Assembly (NCBI GenBank): GCA_041752695.1
Contig: JBGSVZ010000054.1
Location: 1 to 14,966, forward strand
Direction: 5' to 3'
Source of the DNA: Terrimicrobiaceae bacterium
Lineage (GTDB): Bacteria; Verrucomicrobiota; Verrucomicrobiia; Chthoniobacterales; Terrimicrobiaceae
Length of the DNA: 14,966 nt
The notes below the pieces were generated by a model, which did not search any database, was not told where the DNA came from, and saw nothing but the letters and a program-made list of their open reading frames with translations. Every line of letters begins with the position of its first letter. The first letter of the stretch is position 1. Below are positions 7,180 to 14,966 of this stretch, one piece after another. The translations under genes and the position numbers were made by a program.

Positions 7180-7327
7180 GGCGTGCTGGATCAAACCCGC
7201 CGAGCGGCAGAAAGTTGTAAAAAATTCCCCCAGCCCCGTCGCCCGCGCCCTGACCATGCGTCCAGGAAACTCCGGATTGCGTAGTTGATGAATTGGGTTC
7301 ATCGAGAAGAGCGGTCCCTGACCTGGC

Positions 7328-8545
7328 GTGAATCTCGAAACCAAACTTTCCATCCTGGCCGAAGCCGCGAAGTACGACGCTTCCTGCGCCAGCAGTGGCA
7401 CGACCAAACGCGATTCGCGCTCAGGCGGAATCGGCTCCACCACCGGCGCGGGGATTTGCCACAGCTACACCCCGGACGGACGCTGCGTCTCGCTGCTCAA
7501 AATCCTCCTGACCAATTTCTGCGTCTACGACTGCCTCTATTGCATCAATCGTTCCTCCAGTGACGTCCGGCGGGCCCGCTTCACGCCGGACGAGGTCGTG
7601 AACCTCACGCTGGATTTTTACCGCCGCAATTACATCGAAGGCCTCTTCCTCAGCTCGGGGATCATCCGCAATCCCGACTACACCATGGAGCAGGTGGCGA
7701 AAGTGGCCCGCACTCTGCGGCAGGACCACGGATTTCGCGGGTACATTCACCTCAAAACCATTCCCGAGGCCTCGGCGGAATTGATCGCGGAAGCCGGACG
7801 GTGGGCGGACCGTATCAGCATCAATGTCGAACTGCCGACCCAGGCGGACCTGCAAAAACTCGCGCCGGAGAAAAACCTCTCCCGCATCCGGCTCGCCATG
7901 GGGTCAATCCGCGAACGCATCGACCAGGCCAAAGCCGAGCGCCAGGAAAGCCGCAAGGCCCCCGTCTTCGCGCCCGGTGGCCAAAGCACGCAGATGATCG
8001 TGGGAGCGACGACCGCGAGTGACCGGACCATTTTGGATCAAGCTTCGTCGCTCTATCAGACCCATCGCCTGCGCAGGGTTTATTATTCGGCCTTCAGTCC
8101 GATCCCCGACGCCTCGCGCAGCCTTCCCCTCGTCGCGCCACCGCTCGTTCGGGAGCACCGGCTGTATCAGGCCGATTGGCTGCTGCGTTTCTACGGCTTT
8201 CAGGTGGAGGAATTGACCACCGAAACCGACACCAACCTCGACCTCGAGCGCGACCCGAAACTGTCCTGGGCCCTGCGCCATCCGCAGATTTTTCCCGTGG
8301 ATATCAATCGCGGTCCGCGCGAGCTGCTCCTCAGGATCCCCGGACTTGGTGTGCGCAATGTGGACCGCATTCTGCAGATCCGACGCTGGCAAAAGGTCCG
8401 CCTTGCGGACCTCACCCGGCTGCGCGTCCCGCTGAAAAAGGCCCTGCCGTTTATCGAGACGGCCGATCATTTTCCGAAAGTTGTCGGAGAATCCCGGCCG
8501 GACCGGCAGCTGGAGCTTTTTAACCCCGAAAATCCGCGCGTCTGA
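7328..8545 (+). CDS. Putative DNA modification/repair radical SAM protein with C-terminal helix-hairpin-helix (TIGR03916-type)
   Basis: Signature KLSILAEAAKYDASCASSG...GICHSYTPDGRCVSLLKILLTNF, CxxxCxxC motif (CVYDCLYC), YRRNYIEGLFLSSG, GQSTQMIVGA, REHRLYQADWLLRFYGF and HhH LLRIPGLG. GTG start. Confidence 0.95.
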   Translation: MNLETKLSILAEAAKYDASCASSGTTKRDSRSGGIGSTTGAGICHSYTPDGRCVSLLKILLTNFCVYDCLYCINRSSSDVRRARFTPDEVVNLTLDFYRRNYIEGLFLSSGIIRNPDYTMEQVAKVARTLRQDHGFRGYIHLKTIPEASAELIAEAGRWADRISINVELPTQADLQKLAPEKNLSRIRLAMGSIRERIDQAKAERQESRKAPVFAPGGQSTQMIVGATTASDRTILDQASSLYQTHRLRRVYYSAFSPIPDASRSLPLVAPPLVREHRLYQADWLLRFYGFQVEELTTETDTNLDLERDPKLSWALRHPQIFPVDINRGPRELLLRIPGLGVRNVDRILQIRRWQKVRLADLTRLRVPLKKALPFIETADHFPKVVGESRPDRQLELFNPENPRV

Positions 8546-9357
8546 TGCGCTGTCTGCGCATCACACCCTCCTTCGAAGGCTGGCAGCAGGAGGCCCGCCA
8601 GGCGTTGGGGAGAGGATGGACCCCCGACGAAGTCGTCTGGGAAGAATCTGGAGAACCCGGCCTCCCGATCTTTTCTCCACCGGACGCGGGATCCGAAGCT
8701 CTGCCCACATTTCGCGTGCCCCGGGCTTTCCTCGCCCTCGCGGGAAACGTCGCCTGCCACCGCAATCCCCAGCGATGGGCGCACCTCTACCGGGCTCTCT
8801 GGAGACTGACCCGCGGCGAACCGCATCTCCTGAACATCGCGGTGGACCGGGATGTTCACCAACTCCTCACGATGGACAAGAGCGTGCGGCGGGACCTGCA
8901 CAAAATGAGGGCGTTCGTGCGTTTCCGCACCGTCGAGCGCGACGGGGAAACCTGGTACGTCGCCTGGTTCGAACCCGAACATCACATTGTCGAAAAAAAC
9001 GCGCCGTTTTTCGTCAACCGCTTTGCCGCTATGCGGTGGTCGATCCTCACGCCGGATCGCTGCGCCCATTGGGATCAGGAGACCCTCACCTTCACGGAAG
9101 GCGTGCCTCGCTCGGCCGCGCCCACCGAGGATTCTTTGGAGACCCTTTGGCTGACGTATTACCGCAATATCTTTAATCCCGCCCGGATTAAGGTGGCAGC
9201 CATGACGGGCGAAATGCCCAAAAAATACTGGAAAAATCTCCCCGAGGCCGCCGCCATTCCCGCCATGTTAAATGAGGCCCCTCAACGCGTGGCCGAAATG
9301 CTGCAAAAGAGCGCGACCAAGGTGTCACCACCGCCGATCCCACCAACCGAACCCTAA
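8545..9357 (+). CDS. DUF4130 / TIGR03915-type putative DNA repair protein, partner of the radical SAM enzyme
   Basis: Motifs SVRRDLHKMRAFVRFR, WFEPEHHIVE, FFVNRFAAMRWSILTP, LWLTYYRNIFNPARIK and EMPKKYWKNLPEA. Translationally coupled to the radical SAM gene (TGATG overlap at 8543-8547). Confidence 0.92.
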   Translation: MRCLRITPSFEGWQQEARQALGRGWTPDEVVWEESGEPGLPIFSPPDAGSEALPTFRVPRAFLALAGNVACHRNPQRWAHLYRALWRLTRGEPHLLNIAVDRDVHQLLTMDKSVRRDLHKMRAFVRFRTVERDGETWYVAWFEPEHHIVEKNAPFFVNRFAAMRWSILTPDRCAHWDQETLTFTEGVPRSAAPTEDSLETLWLTYYRNIFNPARIKVAAMTGEMPKKYWKNLPEAAAIPAMLNEAPQRVAEMLQKSATKVSPPPIPPTEP

Positions 9358-9460
9358 ACGTCCCCGACAGGCACGAGATGGCCGGAGATCCTCCCGACCC
9401 CAAAAATGACGCTGGACCAAAACGCGCCATCAGGCACCTTGCCGACTCGCACCACTTCTC

Positions 9461-10165
9461 ATGAAATTTTTGCCAGCCGCCTTCCTGTTTTTCCTCGGCT
9501 TGATCATCCCGGCCCCCGCCCAGGGCCCGGACACGCCGGAGGATTTTCTTTCCGCAATTCGGACCGCCCTGGCGGAGCGGAGCCCGGCCAAGCTCGATGC
9601 GCTGACCTATTCGGTAGGCATGACGGAGGCGGACAAAACCCTCGCGGTGCGAATGCAGCAGCATCTCTTTAACGATAAGGAAATCGAGTCGCTCTCGCTC
9701 CAACCGCTCCCCGAGGATTCTCAGCTCTTCTTTGTCTCGCGCGGTAGGAAAATCGAACCCACCAACCCTCCCGTTGGTCTGGTCGCGATTACGTACAAGT
9801 CCCTGGGGAACGGGACCGACGCCACTTCCCTCGCTTACACCAACGTGGATGGACGCTATTTCCTCGTCGGAACCAAGACCACCCTTCTGGATTGGAAGGG
9901 GCCGCCCGACAAAACCATTGGGTATATGATCACGGGTCCCGGGCAGGATTCCCTTCAGGCGAAGGTGAAATGGAACGCGAGCGGCGTGAACCTGGAGCAC
10001 AGCTTCAAGGATTCGTCGCTGAGTTTCCAGGGCCAGTTCATCAAGGAAGTCACGGTGACCAGCGCAAAGGACGACGCCGAAATCACCCTCACGATTGTCG
10101 AGGACGGCAAACCGATCTCCGAACCGCTGACCGGCAAGAGAACGTTGGAATATAAGAGACCGTAG
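9461..10165 (+). CDS. Hypothetical secreted protein
   Basis: Signal peptide MKFLPAAFLFFLGLIIPAPA, normal globular composition and a beta-rich C-terminal half. It fills the gap between the DUF4130 and GH1 genes. No family recognised. Confidence 0.8.
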   Translation: MKFLPAAFLFFLGLIIPAPAQGPDTPEDFLSAIRTALAERSPAKLDALTYSVGMTEADKTLAVRMQQHLFNDKEIESLSLQPLPEDSQLFFVSRGRKIEPTNPPVGLVAITYKSLGNGTDATSLAYTNVDGRYFLVGTKTTLLDWKGPPDKTIGYMITGPGQDSLQAKVKWNASGVNLEHSFKDSSLSFQGQFIKEVTVTSAKDDAEITLTIVEDGKPISEPLTGKRTLEYKRP

Positions 10166-10181
10166 CCCTTGACCCCCTTTA

Positions 10182-10207
10182 GGAGGGACAAGCCGGGTTG
10201 GCCCTCC
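10182..10207. terminator. Hairpin between convergent genes (terminator-like or REP-like)
   Basis: GGAGGG-A-CAA-GCCGGG-TTG-G-CCCTCC lies in the 50-nt gap between stops at 10165 and 10216. No clear U-tract. Confidence 0.45.
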
Positions 10208-10215
10208 AGCGTCAG

Positions 10216-11562
10216 CTACACGATGCGGTTTTCGCGCATCACTTCGGAATACCAATGGGCACTTAACTTAGGGGTGCGTTTTTGGGTTTGGTAGTCCGTA
10301 TGGACGATGCCAAAGCGGCGGGTGTAGCCGTCCTGCCATTCGTAGTTGTCCAGAAAGGACCAGAGGAAATACCCCTTCACCGGGACGCCATCGGCCACAG
10401 CGCGGTGAAGTTCTTTGAGATAGTTCCGGACATAGTCGCGGCGGTGAAGATCGAGCACCTCGCCGTTGACGATGGGCTCGTCGTCATACCCACAGCCATT
10501 CTCGGTAATATAGACAGCTTTCGCACCATAAACTTCATGCGCGAGGCGCGTGCCCCAATAAATGGATTGCGGCATGATATTGAGCCACGGGCAACTCGTG
10601 CGGGGGTAATCGGGCGGGAGAGTCAATGCCTCAGGTTTGCCGCCGCGGCCCGCGCGCACAAAAACGCCAGTGTAAACATTCATGCCGAGGAAATCCGTGG
10701 GCTGGCCAATCAGTTCCATGTCGCCCTTGGCCACGACGGGACGATCCGCGCCGCAGCGTTTTAAATAGGCCGTAGAGTATTTGCCCGTATAGATCGGCTC
10801 GAGGATGTGGGCATTATGATCGATGAACCATTTTTTCGCCGCCGCGATGTCCTTCGGGGTTTCGGTGACGGGCACGGGGATATCCGAGTTGTCCGTAAGC
10901 CCGACGCGAGCGCCGCGGCCGCCGAATTCTCGCACAGCGCGGATGGCGTGGCCGTGGCAAATCAGGGCGTGGTGGAAGGTCTGGTTGATGACCTGCTGGG
11001 TTTCCTGCGTGCCCGGGGCTTTGTCGCCCTGCCCATGGGCGAGGTTGGTGAAACAGCGGATCTCGTTGAGAGTAATCCAGTTCTTTACGCGGTCGCCGAG
11101 GGCCTTCACCGCGGTCTCGGCGTAGGGTTTAAAGGCATCCGGCGTCACGCGGGATCGCCATCCTCCGCGGTCTTCCAGAGCCTGCGGCAGGTCCCAATGA
11201 AACAACGTGACCCACGGGGTAATGCCCTCGTTGAGCATGGCATCAATCAGACGGTTGTAAAAATCCACGCCCTTCGGATTGAGCGCACCGTCACCTTCGG
11301 GGTAAAACCGCGGCCAGGCGAGGGAGAGCCGGTAGTTCTTCACGCCCAGCTTCCGCATGAGGCGAAAATCCTGCTTGTACAGATGATAGTGGTCGCAGGC
11401 GACATCGAGCGTGTCGCCGCCCAGAACCTTGCCGGGCACGCGGGAGTAGCGGTCCCAAATGGACTCGCCCTTGCCGTCCTCAAAAGCGGCACCTTCGATT
11501 TGGGGAGCGGCCGTGGCAACCCCCCAGACAAAATTCTTTGGGAACAGGAACGATGATTTCAT
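10216..11562 (-). CDS. Glycoside hydrolase family 1 beta-glucosidase (cytoplasmic)
   Basis: FPKNFVWGVATAAPQIEGA, ACDHYH, YRLSLAWPR, TLFHWDLPQAL, acid/base WITLNE, nucleophile YITENG and WSFLDNYEW..GY..RFG. No signal peptide. Confidence 0.96.
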   Translation of the reverse strand: MKSSFLFPKNFVWGVATAAPQIEGAAFEDGKGESIWDRYSRVPGKVLGGDTLDVACDHYHLYKQDFRLMRKLGVKNYRLSLAWPRFYPEGDGALNPKGVDFYNRLIDAMLNEGITPWVTLFHWDLPQALEDRGGWRSRVTPDAFKPYAETAVKALGDRVKNWITLNEIRCFTNLAHGQGDKAPGTQETQQVINQTFHHALICHGHAIRAVREFGGRGARVGLTDNSDIPVPVTETPKDIAAAKKWFIDHNAHILEPIYTGKYSTAYLKRCGADRPVVAKGDMELIGQPTDFLGMNVYTGVFVRAGRGGKPEALTLPPDYPRTSCPWLNIMPQSIYWGTRLAHEVYGAKAVYITENGCGYDDEPIVNGEVLDLHRRDYVRNYLKELHRAVADGVPVKGYFLWSFLDNYEWQDGYTRRFGIVHTDYQTQKRTPKLSAHWYSEVMRENRIV

Positions 11563-11724
11563 GGATACGAAGCAGGACAGAACACGCCATTGCCGGCGGA
11601 AAGAAAAGGAGGATCTCCGCCTAAAGGCACGACGGCCGCCGAAGGTTTCGCCGTGGCATCACGTCGGACCCGGATCGCGGGGCACGCTTGCCCCCGGCGC
11701 ACCTTTGCCGTAACACTTCGCGCC

Positions 11725-13392
11725 ATGAAAAAAGTCCTGCTCATCCTCCTGGCTGTCGTGATCGTTCTCGCAGGCTCGGTTCTATGGGTTTTGCGCGGCA
11801 TGGGAGTCTCGGATGCCGCCCTCCTCCTTCCCGCGGAAACTGTCGCTCTGGCGACCCTGCCCGATCTGCCGCGTTCCTTTTTGCGCTGGCCGCAGACCAC
11901 CCTCGCCAAGATCGGCGTCGAACCGCAGTTGAAGGCCTTCCTCGAGCAGCCCTTTAAATATCTGACGAAACAACAGGGCGGCGACGAGGCCTCGGGGATT
12001 CTTCTCAGCCTGAAACCCGGACGCATTTTCGCCGCATCGGTCGGGGTGACTTCGTCAGACGCCGCCATTCTGGTCGGGTTCCAATACTGGGGCGGCAAAC
12101 CGGCGCACGACGCTGCCGTGGCCCGGTTGCGTCAGGAAATCGCCTTGGAAGGCCCGGCCGCCGAGGTGAAACACGAGGATTATCAGGGCGCGGATATCGC
12201 CTCGTCCGTCCACGGGCCCGTCTCGATTTATAACGCCAGCCACGGTCAGTGGGGCTTCATTTCCAACAGCCTGCCAGCCTTGCAGGAAGCACTCGACCGC
12301 GCCGCCGGCCGCCGTAAGGAGGGTTCTCTGGCAGACAGCCCACGCTACAAGCAGGTGATCGCCAAACTCTCCAAAGATCCCGATCTGCTCGTGTACTTGC
12401 AGCCGCAGTCCTTCCTCGATGCGCTTCTGGCCGTCGGCAATTCCTTTGGCGCCCAGCAGATCCCCCAGCAAATCGAGCAGGCCCGCAAGGTTGAGGCCAT
12501 CGGATTTTCCACCAAGCTCGACGGCGCGAACCTCCGGGACAGCCTCTTTGTCCTGCGTCCGAATCCCCCCGAAGTCGGCAACCTCAGCCACAACTCGATC
12601 AAACTCACCACCGCGCAAACGACGGCATTTTTTGACTTTATCCTCGATTTCAACCAGTTCGCCAAACTCCGGGAAAACCCCACCGTCGCCCGGACATTGC
12701 AAGGCTCACCCCTGCAGGACTCCCAGCTTTTCCAACTGGTGCCCGAAGCGTTTGGTCCCGATTGCGCCGTGGTCCTGAACTGGCCGACCGGACAGTCCAA
12801 ACCCGAGGGTGTGCTGGCCATCACCATCAAGGATGCGGCCAAGGCCGAGCAGAGCCTCCAGCAAGTTCTCACTCTTCTGCCGGAGACGACGGTGAACGAA
12901 TTCGGCGGATTGAAATACTACAGCTTCCCGACCCTGCAGCAGGCTTTCGCAACCCCTTCCCTCACGCTCACGGAGGGTTTTGCCCTGGTCGGCCTCGACC
13001 CCGCCGAAATCGAACGCGTCCACCAGGCCCTGAAAAGCGGCGACAGCCTGGAAAACTCGCCCGCCTTCGTGCCGGCCAAAGAAACCTACCGCTCGGCCAA
13101 TGAGGTTTTTGGCTATGTGGACATTCGCGCCATTTTTGAGCGGGGCTATCCCACCCTCAGTCAGGTCGTGCGCTTCAGCGCCAACTTCATGCCCGGCGTG
13201 AGCGAGATCATCGATGCCTCAAAATTGCCCGACACCGAGACCATCGCCAAACATCTCCAGCCGATTGTTTATTCGCAGACCCGGCTGACGGACGGATATC
13301 TGGTGGAATCCACCGGCCCGATTACCATGAACCAAGCGGTTCTGATCGGCGCGGGCGCGGGGACTTACTTTTTTAAACCCCGGGTGGACTGA
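11725..13392 (+). CDS. Membrane-anchored hypothetical protein, DUF3352-like
   Basis: ATG 11725 gives MKKVLLILLAVVIVLAGSVLWVL (signal anchor), then ALLLPAETVALATLPDL and two similar alpha/beta halves (EDYQGADI...SLADSPRYKQV; NEFGGLKY...SLENSPAFVPA), as I recall for DUF3352-type proteins. The CDS is confident; the family call is tentative. Confidence 0.75.
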   Translation: MKKVLLILLAVVIVLAGSVLWVLRGMGVSDAALLLPAETVALATLPDLPRSFLRWPQTTLAKIGVEPQLKAFLEQPFKYLTKQQGGDEASGILLSLKPGRIFAASVGVTSSDAAILVGFQYWGGKPAHDAAVARLRQEIALEGPAAEVKHEDYQGADIASSVHGPVSIYNASHGQWGFISNSLPALQEALDRAAGRRKEGSLADSPRYKQVIAKLSKDPDLLVYLQPQSFLDALLAVGNSFGAQQIPQQIEQARKVEAIGFSTKLDGANLRDSLFVLRPNPPEVGNLSHNSIKLTTAQTTAFFDFILDFNQFAKLRENPTVARTLQGSPLQDSQLFQLVPEAFGPDCAVVLNWPTGQSKPEGVLAITIKDAAKAEQSLQQVLTLLPETTVNEFGGLKYYSFPTLQQAFATPSLTLTEGFALVGLDPAEIERVHQALKSGDSLENSPAFVPAKETYRSANEVFGYVDIRAIFERGYPTLSQVVRFSANFMPGVSEIIDASKLPDTETIAKHLQPIVYSQTRLTDGYLVESTGPITMNQAVLIGAGAGTYFFKPRVD

Positions 13393-13455
13393 GACGCCCT
13401 CAAGAATTGATTTGCCACCGGGGGGGAAATCGTGCGTTTTTACCAGCCTATCGTT

Positions 13456-13860
13456 ATGAAACCGTCGCTCTGGATCGTCACCACCTCCGTCGTGTTAGTC
13501 GCGTTTGCCGCTTGCGAGACCGATTCCAACAGCCGCACTTCGTCGCGCACGCAAAATCGCAACCGCTTCGGTTACACCCAGGAGCAGGCCGGCACGCAAT
13601 TTGCCACGCCCTCGCCCTCCCCGACCCCCACGCCCGAGCCGACGATCGACACCATGGCGAACCCGACCCCGGCGCCGACTCCCGATACTCTGGCGAACAC
13701 CGCCACGAAGGACATTCCCTACGGCACACCCGTCCCCGGGAAATCCGGCTTTGTCACCAGCCCCCACGCTCCCTACGCGGGGTATGTGGACGTCCGCGGC
13801 TTTCCTCCGGGCACCGAGGTGAAATGCCCCTACACGAGCAAGATTTTCCTCGTTCCCTGA
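13456..13860 (+). CDS. Lipoprotein with Pro/Thr-rich stalk and a conserved ~49-aa C-terminal domain (paralog 1)
   Basis: [20 protein letters not shown] lipobox, [13 protein letters not shown] linker, C-terminal [49 protein letters not shown]. Confidence 0.88.
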   Translation: MKPSLWIVTTSVVLVAFAACETDSNSRTSSRTQNRNRFGYTQEQAGTQFATPSPSPTPTPEPTIDTMANPTPAPTPDTLANTATKDIPYGTPVPGKSGFVTSPHAPYAGYVDVRGFPPGTEVKCPYTSKIFLVP

Positions 13861-13887
13861 GGAAAACCGCCGAAAGGCCGACACCAC

Positions 13888-13960
13888 CGGCTGAAAAGGG
13901 ACGACCGTTGGAGTTCACGCTTTAGCGTGCGTCTCCGACCTTTCCCGCGTTTTCGGGCCG
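13888..13960. repeat. Long imperfect intergenic hairpin with a REP-like core
   Basis: Core GTTGGAG-tt-CACGC-TTTA-GCGTG-cgt-CTCCGAC (13907-13939), extended by GGGA/TCCC, TGAAAA/TTTTCG and CGGC/GCCG. Confidence 0.5.
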
Positions 13961-14021
13961 CCAACGGCCAAGATTAGCATTGCAACTTGAACCGCCATTG
14001 TCGTTTTTAGGCACACCACTC

Positions 14022-14384
14022 ATGAACTCGTCCTTTCGCCTCGCTGTTGCCATCCTCGCCCTGGTCGGTCTCGCCGCCTGCGAACCCACCCGGAGCAGCA
14101 CGCGCAAGCCGATTCCCCGACCTTCCACCCCACCGCCCCCCGTGGTCGAGGTCATCGAGCCCACGCCGAACCCCCAACCCACGCCGGAACCCCTGGCTAC
14201 TCCCGCCCCAACCCCGGCACCTGCGACGGGTGGGGATCTGAAATACGGCACCCCCGTTCCGGGAAAACCCGGCTTTGTGTCCAGCCCTTGGGCCCCGTAC
14301 CAGGGTTACGTTGATGTCCGCGGGTTCCCTCCCGGCTCCGAGGTCCGGTGTCCCTACTCCAACAAAACCTTTCTCGTCCCCTGA
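14022..14384 (+). CDS. Lipoprotein with Pro-rich stalk and the same ~49-aa C-terminal domain (paralog 2)
   Basis: [20 protein letters not shown] lipobox, Pro-rich linker, C-terminal [49 protein letters not shown]. Confidence 0.88.
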   Translation: MNSSFRLAVAILALVGLAACEPTRSSTRKPIPRPSTPPPPVVEVIEPTPNPQPTPEPLATPAPTPAPATGGDLKYGTPVPGKPGFVSSPWAPYQGYVDVRGFPPGSEVRCPYSNKTFLVP

Positions 14385-14966
14385 GCACGGTTGCCATTTT
14401 CGGCCCGGGATTAATCGGGGGATCGCTCGCCTTTGCCTTACGCAAGTCTCAGCCGGATGGTTCGGTCCGGCTCTGGGCGCGATCCGAGGCGTCGGCGGCC
14501 CGCGCGGCGAAGTTTTTTGACGCGGTGACCTGCGACGCCCGCGCGGCTGCGGAACACGCAGATCTTTGCGTCTTTTGCACCCCCATTGGAGCCATGCCCG
14601 CCCTGGCCCGCGAGATTGCCCCGCATTTGTCCGCGCACGCCGTGGTCACCGATGCCGGTAGCGTAAAGGGTGGGGTCGTGGCCGCCCTGGAGGAAATTCT
14701 CGGCGCCCGGTTTGTGGGTTCGCACCCCATGGCCGGATCGGAAAAAGCCGGCATCGAGGCCGCCCGGGAGGACCTTTTTGACGGAGCGACCTGCATCGTC
14801 ACGCCGACGCCACGTACCAGCCTTGACGCCCTGGCCGCCGTCCGGGGTCTTTGGGAATCCCTCGGTGCCCGCCTCGTGGAAATGGCCCCCGAAGCCCACG
14901 ACCTCGCGGTCGGCCGGGTCAGCCACCTCCCCCACGCCATCGCCGCCATCCTGGTCAATGCCATCG
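14348..14966 (+). CDS. tyrA: Prephenate/arogenate dehydrogenase (3'-truncated by the window edge)
   Basis: Manual translation: [19 protein letters not shown] (Rossmann), [46 protein letters not shown]. The start is uncertain: GTG 14348 or CTG 14381. Not in the ORF track because there is no stop in the window. Confidence 0.93.
   Translation, partial: MSLLQQNLSRPLSTVAIFGPGLIGGSLAFALRKSQPDGSVRLWARSEASAARAAKFFDAVTCDARAAAEHADLCVFCTPIGAMPALAREIAPHLSAHAVVTDAGSVKGGVVAALEEILGARFVGSHPMAGSEKAGIEAAREDLFDGATCIVTPTPRTSLDALAAVRGLWESLGARLVEMAPEAHDLAVGRVSHLPHAIAAILVNAI

Noticed and set aside
7296..7310. Possible LexA box GGTTC-atcga-GAAGA upstream of the radical SAM gene
   Set aside because: Wrong spacer length and mismatches in both half-sites relative to TGTTC-N4-GAACA.
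9358..9460. Possible remnant of a UdgX domain after the DUF4130 gene
   Set aside because: I see no Cys-cluster or GEGP/GEQPG-like motif in this short gap.
10216..11562. GH1 enzyme as part of a novel system
   Set aside because: Ordinary standalone GH1 with canonical catalytic motifs and no linked transporter or regulator in the window.

Overview
GC-rich bacterial chromosomal window, probably Verrucomicrobiota (inferred from the C-terminal domain of the two small lipoproteins and a PVC-type LExRxxPA leader). On the minus strand, the left half reads: GbsR/MarR-type regulator, Wzm-type ABC-2 polysaccharide permease, WbpP/TviC-like UDP-HexNAc 4-epimerase, TolC-family outer-membrane channel, then a large RTX Ca-binding repeat protein. 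The RTX gene runs off the left edge and is absent from the ORF track, which lists only its antisense shadow. The middle holds a secreted, internally duplicated helical protein divergent from the radical SAM (TIGR03916-type) + DUF4130 (TIGR03915-type) putative DNA repair pair, then an unknown secreted protein and a GH1 beta-glucosidase. The right end holds a DUF3352-like membrane-anchored protein, two tandem paralogous Pro/Thr-stalk lipoproteins and a 3'-truncated prephenate dehydrogenase, also absent from the ORF track. I see no mobile element, CRISPR array, tRNA or rRNA. The best candidates for something undescribed are the regulator-wzm-epimerase-TolC-RTX surface cluster and the DUF3352-like + tandem lipoprotein module; both are hypotheses. 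All family assignments come from manual motif recognition, not database searches.
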